Assembly (NCBI GenBank): GCA_002104905.1 | Contig: MCFE01000054.1 | Span: 1-64,000 of the forward strand | Length of the DNA stretch: 64,000 bases | Direction of reading: 5' to 3' | Source: Basidiobolus meristosporus CBS 931.73 | Lineage: Eukaryota; Fungi; Basidiobolomycota | In this document: positions 11,842-25,070 of the stretch, piece by piece | How the letters are laid out: each line of letters opens with the position of its first letter | Position numbering within the stretch: position 1 is the first letter of the stretch | Translations under genes and position numbers: made by a program | The notes under the pieces: model-generated | The model's database searches: none | Seen by the model: the letters and a program-made list of their open reading frames with translations, nothing else | What the model was told of the DNA's origin: nothing

Positions 11842-14800
11842 TGTCAGTTAGGCTTCCAAATCTATGCTAAAACAAATGGTCTATGTGTATCCTTTGATTT
11901 TCAATGGATATACAAGCTAGAGATTGAGGATGAAAAACTTGGCATTCGCCTATTTAAGACTGGGTCCTGTACGAGATCAATACCCAAAGCTGATCACACG
12001 ACACGCAAAGATTTTGATCTCTTAGCCGACGCTTCCCAGTTTATGCAGTCATATGATTTGATATTTTCTTTCGAGCCATATACCAGACCAAACTGGGTGT
12101 TTGTCCACGATTGAGAGATCCAAAGTCAACCAAAGATCCAATGAAAACACTCTTTCTGGGTGGACTATCCAGCAAGGGTGTTACACAGTAGTTATTGAGC
12201 ATCCAACTCACACCCCTACAAACCAGATATCCTATCATGGTTAGCTTATCAATGGAAATCTTATCGGGGCTTCACGTGTGATCTGGGTGGGTGGGGTCAG
12301 ATGTCGACTAAAGCTCCGGTAGTTTATATTGTCTTGTATGACTATGAACCGGTTCTCTCACGATAGATGATGCTATGGGACGTTCAGTGGCATTGATCTA
12401 ATCTGTTGAGTCAAGTCTGCTACGAGTGAGTAAGTGTGAGTCATGCTTTTGCGTCTGCCTCGGCTCTAACTGGTTGATAATAACACCAATAGGTATATTT
12501 TACTCGAATTAAACGATGGCTACTGCTCCTACTTGGGGAGGAGCCAAAGCCCCACTGCATTGGAAGGAATATTCCACGTTTACCCACCAATATTGGTCAC
12601 AGTGAGTGTTGTTGAATTAGAATAGGCACGGTCATTTTAGACAGCCCGTGTCACTCTAATATATTGTGTATGTGCATCAGCTGTCGTTGATCAGGAAGTT
12701 GTGTTTGTGACTCTTCAATCGATATATGAATATCCTTAGTCAGGTTGTGCGATTTGTACGAATACATCATAACAACTTTAGCATGGACTTAAGCTAGTTT
12801 AGATTTAACAAATGTTGCCCAGTGTTTTTTGACTCATCTGCTACAGTCGTTCCGAATTGGAGTATTATTTCCACTACTGGTGACTTGCGATAAATAATAT
12901 TCATTCCGCTGTTGCCATTGATATCAAAATCTTCGGACCTTGCCAACCTTTGAGTGCAGGATTACATAATCATTGGCTTTCGGTATGAAAATGTCTTCAA
13001 AGTTTGATGCCTCAGTAATTTTCTATGGTAGCAACAACAGGCCACCTCTCAGGAAAAAGAAGCTTGGGAAACGAATCCAACTTGGTTCTCTATACTCTGT
13101 TGGAGGTATAGGGAAGTTTTCGAGAGCTCTTTGTCCTTCTAGGCGCTTCCAAACCAAGTTTACATTACGTGTATGCATCTCAAACAGGCACAAAGTTAAT
13201 CTTGATGCTTGCCAAGTCGTAACTAGAAAACCTCAAAACCAGGAAAAGAAACATCATGAATAACATGGTTAGTATGGTGATCCCAGTACGGGATAGCTAG
13301 CTTCATAGTCAGGTCTGCTGTTGATACGAGGTGACCGAGTTAGAAACCCAACTTGCTTCAATTCAGACTATCTGAGTCGCAGTCATAAGTCAACTATTTC
13401 GTGCTGAAAAACCATTGGGGTTGATGATTTGTTCAGGGAAATGCCCCAAAGCGATCAAAACAATCAGGTGAGCGCTCTTGCAATGATAGTCATGTGCATT
13501 GTGTTCTTTGATGGTTGCTATCTTAACTATAATTGTTTCATTTTCTGAAAACATCAATTCCTCGGCTAGAGATACTCCTGACAATTCATAGACTAATAGC
13601 TAATAAAAGATCAATTAATGCTTGTGAAGCATCAGTCAACAGAAATGATGTCTTAACAAGAGTACATATATGCTTTCCACTACCTAGTGATTACTTAACG
13701 CTTTAGTCGTGGCTTATAGCTGACTCAATGGGATTTGTATGCTGATCTTGGACTTCCCTACCCTCACCTCCGACATAGACCAACCCTGCTTTATATAGGC
13801 ATTTGTGACGGATTTCACAGCCAAACGAATCCAATGAGATGTTGCCTCGAAACACAGGAGTTATCAATATATTTGGGCCGATCTCAGAGTTCAAATACGC
13901 GATCACCTCTGGCTGTGTAGCAAACCCAAAGACATGTACCATTGTTGATTTATCGTATTTTAGCTTTAATGAACCAACAAAACTAGTCCAAAAAAGTAGT
14001 GAACGCAACAGTGGAGGGAATCTTCGAAATCCCCCAAAATAGCCAGAGACATGTTTCATAATACTGGATTGATTCGAACTCTATACGTGTTGCTCACGGA
14101 CTTCAAAAAACTACGCAGTACCCTCGTTCATGCTGATTTTCCACTACTACTGCATCCAACCCAAATCCGAGGCATTCAGTATTTGAGGCCGGGAGGGATA
14201 AAAAGAAGGTTCGTCCTGCGAGAACAGCGGCCAATAAGGGGGGTGATGTATCGTATTCTTATAGTGAAATTAGATTCCTTTTGGACTGATGTTAACACCA
14301 ACGTAATCACATATTTAAAGAGCTCAGGCTAATACAGCAGCTCCCTTGCATGTATTTTAGCTCATGCAACCCATTTTTGAGTATCACTTACCGTTTCTCG
14401 TAGTCGTGAACTGTCTATCGAATTTTATGTCATTGTAAGGCGAAATCGATTTTGTATGGCTCATTGCAGGGAGATTCATTATGGAGGTCTTCTACCGAAA
14501 GAATGTCACAAATGTCTAGTAAGAGGATGCTAAACCCATTTATTGGTGTTACGTTGAGCATCAATTAATCTCTCAGCTCATTGTCGCAATGAAATTGGAG
14601 TGCTTGCGATAAAACCCGTGGAACCAAGGCCAAATTGAATAGTCACATAAATATATTATTGTTTCGTCAATTCAATTCATTCCTGCGCCGGAAGGTGCTT
14701 TACGCCGCCAACCTTTTGATTGTTTCAAAACAAATAAGCTTGTGTTACGTAGGCGATTGCTATCCAGTCAATGATTACCTGAAAGTGAACAATTGCTAAA

Positions 14801-15593
14801 ATCATGATTGTTCGTAACAATGGGATTACATTCAGTGTTTCTATATTAGACACTATCCTTTATTAGTGGATATGATATGATCAAAATTCCCCTAACCCTA
14901 CATTTATCCTCGACTGTTCTATTTTAGCAGGGTGTTATCTCATGTTTGGTTTAATACATAAATCCTTGTGCACTCACTGGCTTGGCCACTATATACACTT
15001 GGTTCTTAACCAATTACGAAGTCTTTCCAAGGTCAAAGGCAATCAAGCCAAAAAACCTTGGTAAGTAGTCCTCTCATTAATTATTACCTATTTGCATCAG
15101 TTGCTGACCGGCTGTTTCTGTATCAATTGAACTTCCGCGTACATAGAGAAGCGGCATATTACTCTAACTGTTCAAAGCCTCCAGGTTGCCTCTTCGGCTC
15201 GAGTCCTCTAACATTAAGGCTGTATGCTAACATCTTCCTCGGCAGATTACCTAAACCAGCGAGCTATACCCGGGCTATAGCGGAAAGGCGAAATATTCAT
15301 TCAATAGCCACCCAATCACCACAGCCTCTAACAGCTTCTCCGAAACCATATAATTTTGCTGACTTCCCTCACACAGATCAATCGCATAGCAGTCAGATCG
15401 ATAGCATCGACTTTGATACGAAGCTTACTCAGAAAAAGTGCCTCAGCCTTTAGTCCCAATCCGCCTCTCTCAGAATATTCTTGCTTTATTCAGGACCTCG
15501 ATTATTTTGCGCAAAATCTTCAAGCCTCGCTCCTCGAGTCAGTGAAGCTAAATCATCATTTCACTTGGCACACAATCTTTCACCGCCTCGAAT

Positions 15594-18500
15594 ATGACTC
15601 GCGAGAGCAAAGAGAATTCCCAACTTTCAGTAATATCAAATTACGACAATTCAGGAAGCCCTAGTAGCAATCACTCGCATTCTGGCGTCTGGAAAACCCT
15701 TCGGAATAAAATTCCCGAGAATTTCATTCCCGCAGCCTCTCATATCAGTAATGTAAAGGAGAAAGAAAAGAAGAAGTTTTTTCAATTCGGGAAGCGTAAA
15801 GTCAAAGACAAGATCGGTGGTTCGCAGGGTATTTTGTTGCAGTCATTCTGCAGAAGTCCACACATCGATGAACTCACAGCCTTTTCCCGGTAGATCACAG
15901 CAGAAAAGGCTCATACTCTTCAGATAAAAGTCCGTATACTGACGAGAATAGAACACATGTATTGAATCGTCGCGAGAGTGATGGTGCGTGGCAGAATCGC
16001 AAACAGAGCGATGACGATCTACAACCGGTACCCATCTCCTGCTAGCAACAAATTGACATACTCGGAACTAACATTATTGTATAGATTCGTGGAATCAATG
16101 GCTCGGAATGTTAGTATATTGTCTCTATTGTTTTCAGCAAATACTTAATCTATTAAAATTAGTGGAGATGGATGGCATAGTTGATCCCGAGGCAATCGCC
16201 CGAGCTAATAGTAGATCAAATACAATGTCATTTATCGAAGGCTTAGATAATTCGATTCGACTAGAGGATTGGAATCACAAAGTAATGCATAGAAAAGAAT
16301 CATCGGAGGCCTGGCTTCCACCTGAATCGTGGGCTGTTGCTTTGCCCACTTCAAGTCAACAAGTCACCGATGACGAGGAGGACTATCAAGGAGTTCAACC
16401 AGTCGAAACCGAAAAATCCCCGAGTACAGAGCCGGTATACCTCAGGATCGAATATGGTTATGCATCAATATACTAATTGCGCATCATTGCGTGTTTGCAG
16501 TTTTGTATCCGCATCTTTAGGGAGGATTCTACTTTCGGCACCGTTACTGTTCCAGCACACATCACTACTGCCGAGCTGTGTGAAATTTTGGGAAGAAAGT
16601 TTTTTCTTCCCGATCCATCGAAGTACAATCTATACGTGCATAGGCATGGGCTTGGTAATTCGTTTCATGGTAATCGCATCGGCTTTCTTGTTATTCATCA
16701 GTCCTTCAGCGAGAATAATGTCACCACAGGAGCGGCCTATTCAGTATCTTAAACGAATGTTGGAGCAAATGGGATACGAAAGTAAGGATAAGCTTAGGGA
16801 TCAGGGCCGAGAAGACAACACCTATCTATGCCGATTTACGTTCAGCCTTACCAGCCTCCAAGCGTCGAACATGGTGGGATTTTTACATGCGAGTGACCGA
16901 TTTTGCTAGTCTTACCAACTAAGCCACTTCATACTAGGAAAGGGAATGCTGGCCAGCAAGTTTCCAGCAAGTCGAGCTTCCCTTACGCAATTTACAAACA
17001 GTTCCAATAGTACTGTTTAGACATACATCCATGATCGTTAGCTTAAATCTCTCCAAGAACCTGATGATTGATATTCCATCGGATTTTATTCAGGCTTGCA
17101 CAAGCTTAAAAGATTTGAGACTAAGCAACAACGAGTATAAGCACATCCCGAGCAGTATCCGTTTTGCAAACAACTTGGAATACCTAGACTTGTCACACAA
17201 CAGACTAAAGGAGGTAGAGTCCGCTCAGTTGCACACAATTACCAGTCTTAAAAGGCTACTGCTTCTGAATAATCGAATCCAACTACTCCCACTAGAGCTC
17301 GGGAAGCTTGTAAACTTAACTAACCTTGATATATCCAACAACAAGTTGACGGAGTTTCCAAATTCTGTCTGCGAGCTTGCCAGCTTAAAAGAGCTGAATA
17401 TATCGTTCAACCGACTGTATCTGATCCCCGAAACAATCGGGAAGTTGGTCTGTTTGGAGAAGCTGAACCTATCTTGCAATCAAATATCCGGCTCATTACC
17501 CAAAGGATTCCAACACCTACATGATCTAGCCGAGCTGGATATTCGCCGAAATAAGATCCATGATTTAGACGCCCTCGATTCTCTACCCAAGTTGGAGAGG
17601 CTGTTCAGTGATCATAACTCCATATCCAATTTCACCACTAGATTTCAGACACTCAAGAGTCTATCACTGTCGAAGAATCATCTCACCCACTTCAATCCGG
17701 CCTGTGTATCCAATACGCTGACTGACCTCAATCTGTCTTCGAGCAAGCTTTCTACGTTACCAGAAGATATCTTCGAACACCTAGGAGGACTACAGCGGCT
17801 AAACTTGGATAACAACCATCTTGTGTATATTCCTAGTTGCATTAGTGCATTAACGAACCTAGAGATTTTCAAATGTGCCAACAACCTGTTGGGTGTTCTG
17901 CCTATCGAAATTGCCGGATTGACCCGGCTCCGCTTTTTAGATATTCACAACAATAATTTAAAAGTTCTACCCGAAGAGCTTTGGTGGTGTCCGAAGTTAG
18001 TCTTACTAAACGCCAGCTCCAATCTTTTGGAAACCTTCCCGACGCCAAATGCCTCTCCACCGAACCTCAACTCTGCCCCCACCACTTCGCGAACTTCGGC
18101 GCAGCCAAGAAGAGCCGACAACTTGCCCACTCGCACCTCGCCACCACCTCTATCACTGTCATTGCACAAGTTGATGCTGGGAGACAATCGATTGACCGAT
18201 GACATCTTTCCCCCAATTAGCTTGTTGACCGAACTCCGGGTATTGAATGTATCATTCAATGCGATCTATGAGATTCCTCCGAAGACTCTATTTGGTATGG
18301 TGAACTTGGTCGAGCTATATCTGTCCGGAAACCAAATCAGTTCTTTACCCACGGATGAAATCGAGCGACTTCGTAGTCTACGGATCCTACACGTCAACGC
18401 AAACAAGTTGCACACATTGCCTGCGGAGCTGGGAAAGATAGGGAAGCTAGAAGTGTTAGATGTGGGCAGCAATAACCTGAAATACAACATATCGAATTGG

Positions 18501-21038
18501 CCGTATGATTGGAACTGGAACTGGAACCTAGAACTTCGTTATCTAAATCTGTCAGGAAACAGACGTCTGCAGATTAAGAACAATCATAACGACCTGAATC
18601 CGAACAGAGGAAGAAACCTGGCCGACTTCAGCTCCTTGCACGTTTTGAGCGTGCTTGGTTTGATGGATGTTACTCTCATGGTGGGCGTTCCAGAAGAAAC
18701 GGACAAACGCAGAATTCGTACCTCAATCTCGGAGGCAAATCACATGAGTTACGGCATGGCCGATTATCTCGGCCCTTCAGGTGTCCTTTGCTCGTGGGAT
18801 TTAGCAGTGCTGAAGTTCCGAAGCTCGGAGAATGAGTGTCTATTTGCCCTGTTCGACTCGCTGAATGTGAAGCAAGGCGGCTCGGTGTTCACGAAGTACC
18901 TGAATGACTGGTTCACATTCCATTTCATTTCGGAGCTGAAAAAGCTACGAGGATCATCGGAAACTGCCGAAGACGCCCTACGTCGTACGTTCTTGGGAAT
19001 AGAAAAAGAGCTAGGGACATTTGCAATTGAAGAGGGTAGTAACGCTGGCGCCTCTGCTCTGGTGATTTACATCTGCGATAAGACCCTCTATGTAGCCAAC
19101 GTTGGAGACGCTCTAGCAGTCATTTCTCGAGGAAGTACCGCACAGTTGATATCCACGAAACACTCAGCATGGAACCAAAAGGAAATTTACCGAATCCGAG
19201 ACTCTGCTGGTTGGATATCACCCAACGGTTTAGTTGGTGGCCAAGTTGGTACCTCTAGATGCTTCGGGCACTTCAACCTTTTGCCAGCGATCAACGCAAA
19301 TCCAGCCATTCAGACAGTGAAGCTTGGGGAGCAAGATGAATTTGTGATCATGGCTAGCAAAGGCCTGTGGGATTACGTTTCATACCAAACCGCTGTTGAT
19401 GTAGCCCGTACGTCGAGATTTGACCTGATGTTGGCTGCACAGAAGCTGCGCGACATCGCCATTACGTATGGTGCCAGTGAAAGCATTGTGGTGATGATCA
19501 TCAGCGTGTGTGATCTGTTTAACAAGCAGCCTAGACAAGGCAAAAATGGTAGCAACCCACAGTCACATCTGGGCAAAGGAATGTTTGGATTTGCCGAAGG
19601 GCACGACGAGACAAACCTGGATTTCAAGAGTCGACGGGGAAAGCCTGAGATCGCCGAGAATTGCGCAGGGAGATTGGAACGGGAGATCCAGCCTCCTGTT
19701 GGTACGGTAGCGCTAGTGTTTACTGATATCAAGAACTCCACATTTCTCTGGGAGACTCTTCCAAAAGCCATGAACAATGCCATTAGAGTCCACAATCAGA
19801 TCATGCGACGTTTACTGCGCACCATTGGTGGCTACGAGGTGAAAACTGAAGGGGATGCTTTCATGGTATCGTTTCCCACAGTCGCCTCAGCATTACGGTG
19901 GTGCTTGACCGTGCAATTGCAACTGTTGCAGGCAGATTGGCCCCAAGAAATCCTAAATTCAGAGGACGGCCGTGAAATATTCGGGCCTGGTTTGACGAAT
20001 GAGCTCGTGTATCGTGGACTATCGGTTAGAATGGGAATTCATTATGGAAAACCAGTCCACGAAGAAGATCCCATTACAAAGCGTATGGATTACTTTGGGC
20101 CTATGGTAAATAGATCCGCTCGTATATGCAATGTTGCCGATGGTGGGCAAATATGCGCTAGTGCGGATGTAATCAACGAAATCAACAATATACCAGGGAT
20201 TTTCGATGAGCTACCAGAGTCCGATACCCCTGATGAAGATCTGTCGTCCTCCGAAAGCGGGCACGAGATGGCACTAAGGCGACTCCGGCTAGAAATCATT
20301 CACCTCGGCAAACGAAAGTTAAAGGGCCTCGAAACCCCCGAAGAGCTGTCTCTGGTTTATCCGAAATCCCTATTAGCTCGCTATGTACAATGGCAACAAG
20401 CTCAGGCCAAAGAAGAGCCGGTGGTGGTCAATGAAAAGGCACTGATTCAAACGATTGATCCCGCCTTAATACGATCACTAGGTTACATCTGTATACGTCT
20501 TGAACGAATGGCATCTGGTAGCGTGATCCCATCCAATCGGCGGGCTTCACGGTCGGAGACCTCCAGCAGTTTACTTACCCTTCACGTTAAAGATAATGCA
20601 GAAGACTACGAGTTGTTGAGGATTATGGAAGGGCTAGTGACACGAATCGAAAACGCCTACTCTACCATCTACCTGAAAAAATTCGAGTCCATCACGAATA
20701 CAGTTGCGGATATATTCGGGAAGGGGTTGGACATGAGTGACATTGACCTTAATAGTCTGCGCAAAGCACTGGAGCAATTTCGTGACATCTTGGCAACAAA
20801 CACTGCAAGTTCGCAGTCTAAGCCCAATGTTTTCGACCACAACTCGTCCAACCTCTCTACCATCCAAGCCAACCATCCCAGAATTGATACAACAAACGAA
20901 ATGTCATCCAAAACCAACGATTTCACTTCTGCCTCCTCTGACCAAGCCTCAAACTACAGACCTAGGAATCGACCGTTGGGGATGGTAGTCACCAAGGGAA
21001 TGTCTGATCCCTTCTTACAAGACCTTGCATCACCTTGA
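15594..21038 (+). CDS. CYR1: Fungal adenylate cyclase (G-alpha-binding motif, Ras-association domain, LRRs, PP2C-like domain, cyclase domain), about 7 exons
   Basis: WLPPESWAV motif; RA domain FCIRIFREDSTFGT...ERPIQYLKRMLEQMGY; many LxxLxLSxNxL repeats; YNISNWPYDWNWNWN; catalytic VALVFTDIKNST, EVKTEGDAFMV, DYFGPMVNRSARI. GT-AG introns join the exons from ATG 15594 into the 4-kb terminal exon in frame. Confidence 0.95.
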
Positions 21039-21202
21039 TGGAGCAGGTCACTTATTTTGGAGAGAAGCTGGTATCTTCGGCAGCAGCAGCATTCCATGAC
21101 ATACTATTTCTTACATATACATCAATACGCCCTTTAAATGTTTGATATTTTCATGCCACAATTTCAAGTGTTCTTACGGAGTCCAACAACATCGATCATC
21201 TT

Positions 21203-21700
21203 TCAGTCTGCTCGCTGAGCCCGCTGTATTTGATGATCAACAATATCTCTTGGCAAGTACTTCGAAGCGCCATTATACCACACATCAGAGCTGATAGGGA
21301 TGATGGATACTTCCAGAAACTCTATCTGCCCGATCATCATCCTATCCTGACATATTTTCGCCCCCTCAACATGTGTGATCCGCATGAGCCTGGCAGCCAA
21401 CTCCTTCGCCTTGATATGAAATAGATGGGGCTATTGCCAGAAAACTACAATAGGTGAAACGAGAATACTTACCATCAGCTGTATACATCAATTTTTACAT
21501 TTTCCCTGTAAAAATCTGGGTTCAACCATGTCAATACATTCAAAATTACAGCATTTCGTAACAAAACGATTACCTGAGCACATTCGCAGGGATTTGATTA
21601 GAGCTTGGTCAGCCCATATGTTCCTGACGACAATCGGCCATAAATTTAATCATCATTGATCGATTGGATTGATCCGGCCTTTAGCAGTCTAGGATACATG
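21203..21700 (-). pseudogene. Spliced-looking minus-strand remnant (decayed gene or lncRNA) convergent with the CYR1 3' end
   Basis: Canonical introns 21573-21506 (GTAATC...TTACAG, 68 nt) and 21472-21410 (GTAAGT...TCAAG, 63 nt) flank a 33-nt exon that has stops in all three frames. Confidence 0.3.
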
Positions 21701-22666
21701 CTGAGTAGGCATGAATCCAATCTCACTTGTGACCTCGATACCCAATTATGAAATTTCAGGTTACAGCAGCCCCATTTGGACACTTGGTATACATTGGCTT
21801 TTCCAAAGGCATTATTTCAGCTACTCCATGGCAACACAAATAAGGGCTTGGACCTGTTGATGCGCAAGCAATGTAGAATCCCTGATTTAAACGATTACAC
21901 CGCATGCTAGTCTCTATCGTTCTCAAAAAATGGATAGGAATCTAGAACACCACAACCCTGAATTTATTTTATATCATCCGTTTCAACTGTTTGGCGCTGG
22001 CAATAAACGCTGGGAATATCACTGCAACCAGCTCACGCCAGGAGCTGCATTCCAGGCCTTGTTGAATTCCGGCTCTGCTGTCGATCGACCAATGGTGGCA
22101 CTCGTTGTTCACAGCAGAGAAATGTTCTGTGCGCTGGAGAGCCTTCAAATCAAGTGGGTTTTGTTTCTCTTTTGCGTGGTCATAGATCCTCATCCTTCCA
22201 AAGAGGTTTGGATGACTCGTACACAGTGCTGTCGAACCATACGAGTGGAAGAAACTAGCATCGCTGTTCTTGGTGTCATGCCTCTTGCCTTTTTGATATA
22301 TTTGTTAGCAAATCATAGCAGGCCATGGTCAATGATGAGAAAATGAATGTTTGCAGGTTGCTGGTTGCTGAAACCAGAAATACTTGCAGACGGGGAATAT
22401 CTATTGAATTTGTAGTACTCTAAACATTCTGAATTTCCAAAAGATGCTACAAATATTGAGGTGATTTTTAGGTTGTTACTCTGCATCACCCCACCCCTTC
22501 TTTCAGTGCCCTAAGTATAAGCAGGGCTTCCAAATCTTGACCCAAATCAACTGAGGAGCCCTCGACCACCACCCGCTCCTGTCATACAAAGAAAGCGCAT
22601 TCTGGTCAGGAGTATACTTCAACAAAAATCCCCTTTGGCCTTTGTGCAAAAACAACTGCGGGCAAT

Positions 22667-24174
22667 ATGTACAACCCATACCCAACCCTAGATTCCTCCC
22701 TACTGGTCTCCCCACAGCAGTACCAAAGTGGTTACGACCATCACTGCCAAGTTGGCGACCGCTTGTCTTCCACTTTACCCCAAAGCCAACCTGGTAAACC
22801 TATATACAACAGTAAAACCCCTGGTACTTTCTAGATTTACTTACGTACTAACAAACACATTCAGGAAGGACGATTTACGTGGGGAACATCCCTCCCGACA
22901 TACCGGTCGAGGAAGTGCTGAGCCACGTCAGAGGTGGCCCCCTCGAGAGTGTCAAACTATTGCCCGAGAAGAGTTGTATTTTCGTTTCGTTTCTTGATGG
23001 AAACAGTGCCAACTCGTTTTACTACGAGGCCAGCACCAAAAAGATCACAGTAAGAGGCCACGACCTTAAGTTCGGCTGGGGAAAGCCTTCACCTGTCCCA
23101 AACAACATCTTGGTGGCTGTTCAGAGTGGCGCTACCCGCAATGTCTATCTCGGCAGTCTTGGAGGATCCATCACGGAGGAGTATATTCGGGAAGAGTTAT
23201 CAGTATACGGCCCTATCGACTCGATCCGGATTATCAAGGATAAAAACATCGGGTTTGTTCATTTCCTGTCTATTGCCAATGCAATCAGATGTGTTGCTGC
23301 TTTGCAATCAGATTCCAAATGGGCAGGCAAGCGAGTAAATTACGGCAAAGATAGGTGCTCACAGCCGATCAAATTTCCCCGAAGCAATGGAGTTTCAACC
23401 AGAAATATGACTCACCCTGGGTACTCGGGTAGTCTCAGTGGGATACCATATACTCCATATTCTAATCCGCCCCTCCATGACTATGACGGACACGCTCAGC
23501 CGCCTAGCTTCATAGGTGCCGTTTATAATCGCACCATATATTTAGGCAACATTCATCCCGAAACCACCTGTGAGGACATATGCAATGTGATTCGCGGCGG
23601 GATTCTTCACCAGATCCGGTTCCTGGCAGAGAAGCACATCGCCTTCGTAAGTTTTATTGATTCCGTTGCTGCAATATATTTCTACAACCTGGCAAGCTTC
23701 GTTGGCGTCATGGTCAAAAACCGCAGGTTGAAGGTTGGGTGGGGAAAAAGCACCCCTTTGCCACCTGCTGTGGCTGTGGCTGTTCAGTCCGGTGCAACCC
23801 GGAACGTCTACATTGGCAACATCGACGATAGCGTCACCGAGGGAAGATTGAAACAGGACTTTTCAGTGTTTGGAGAAATCGAGCTGGTGAACACCTTGAA
23901 AGATAAGAACTGCGCTTTCGTCAACTTCACAAACATCCTTTCCGCTGTCAAGGCGATCGACGGAATCAGGTCTAACTCGCACTACGCCAATTTTCGTATC
24001 AACTACGGTAAGGACCGCTGTGGGAACCCGGCTAGGGCATTTAGAAATGTCAAGGAGTGGGAGAATACCACTGGGTTATCTTCTTTTAACCATGGTGAAG
24101 GCTTCCTAGAGTGTGGTTCTCTCTATGATCAAATGCTACAAGGACATACTAGGGGGATCTACCAATCTCATTAA
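22667..24174 (+). CDS. Four-RRM RNA-binding protein, Mrn1/Nrd1(Msa2)-like; 5' end uncertain
   Basis: Paired RRMs RTIYVGNIPP...CIFVSF, RNVYLG...IGFVHF, RTIYLGNIHP...IAFVSF, RNVYIGNI...CAFVNF, with repeated GWGK and VNYGKDRC motifs. Intron GTAAAC (22797) to CTAAC...TTCAG (22863). The start codon is not cleanly in frame (see findings). Confidence 0.85.
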
Positions 24175-25070
24175 TATTCTTCTTCCAATTCAAGTAAATA
24201 TTTTCTATATTCGTCCTATATCCTTGGTAGAATCTCATAGCCTCTCTTTTTTCCTCCCAGACATATTTCCTATCCAACACCTGCATCGCTTAATCTATGG
24301 GACATTAAAAAATATATTTAGGCCTGTGGCCATTATTGTATGCACAATAGTACTGGACCAATACGCCCTTCAAACTAAAGTCATGTGAAATATTGAGTGG
24401 CCTAGAAAGTGTCCAAAGATCATATTGATCATCATATTTCTGAGGTTGAACACTAGCCATATGAAAAATTCTAAACTTAGAATTCATCCGATAATCTGTT
24501 GGTATTCCAATGGTATTTTGCTGGCGTTCAGCTGGTGCTTTTCCTTTAAATTTTCAATTGTGAATTATTGTGAAAGTCGTGAGTAGCTTATTACCAAATT
24601 TGATATGAATGTTATTTAGGCTAGCCTCCACCTAGAAAATATGTCTTCTTATCTGCCAAATAGCTAGAACCTAAGTTAGTGATAGTTGTATGTTTAGAGG
24701 AACTTGGAATTCTGCTGATATTATTATGGTATTCTGCTGGCTTTTAGTCAATCTTTTCTCTTATGGTAGGATGGTGTTGGTATGGAGCTTCGGATGGTAA
24801 TCGTCCTATTACCTGCTCTAGGTGTGGCTAGAAAAAGATATATATGGTTTTGTTCTCTTAAATCTGCACGCCTGAAACATACAACTTTAATTATTCTCTT
24901 ATGGGCTTTGGATCAGTCAATCCTGATTGCCAAGGTATTACAGTAAAGACCCTGGGGCAATCCAGGGTAAATGTAGTGCTAGAACTGATCAAAATGTATC
25001 TTCATGTAAAGATACGCACAGGGGATGGAAAATCTAGATGTATTATTCATACTAAATGGACATGACCTGA

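Noticed and set aside
17225-20988. Short ORFs antisense or out of frame within CYR1 (and likewise within the P5 ATPase, fasciclin, OYE and gypsy genes)
   Set aside because: Shadow ORFs of long coding regions with no motifs of their own.
21473-21640. Protein-kinase-like words (LSSGTYG, KIDVYS) in the minus-strand remnant
   Set aside because: They are too close together, in different frames, and the intervening HRD/DFG subdomains are absent.
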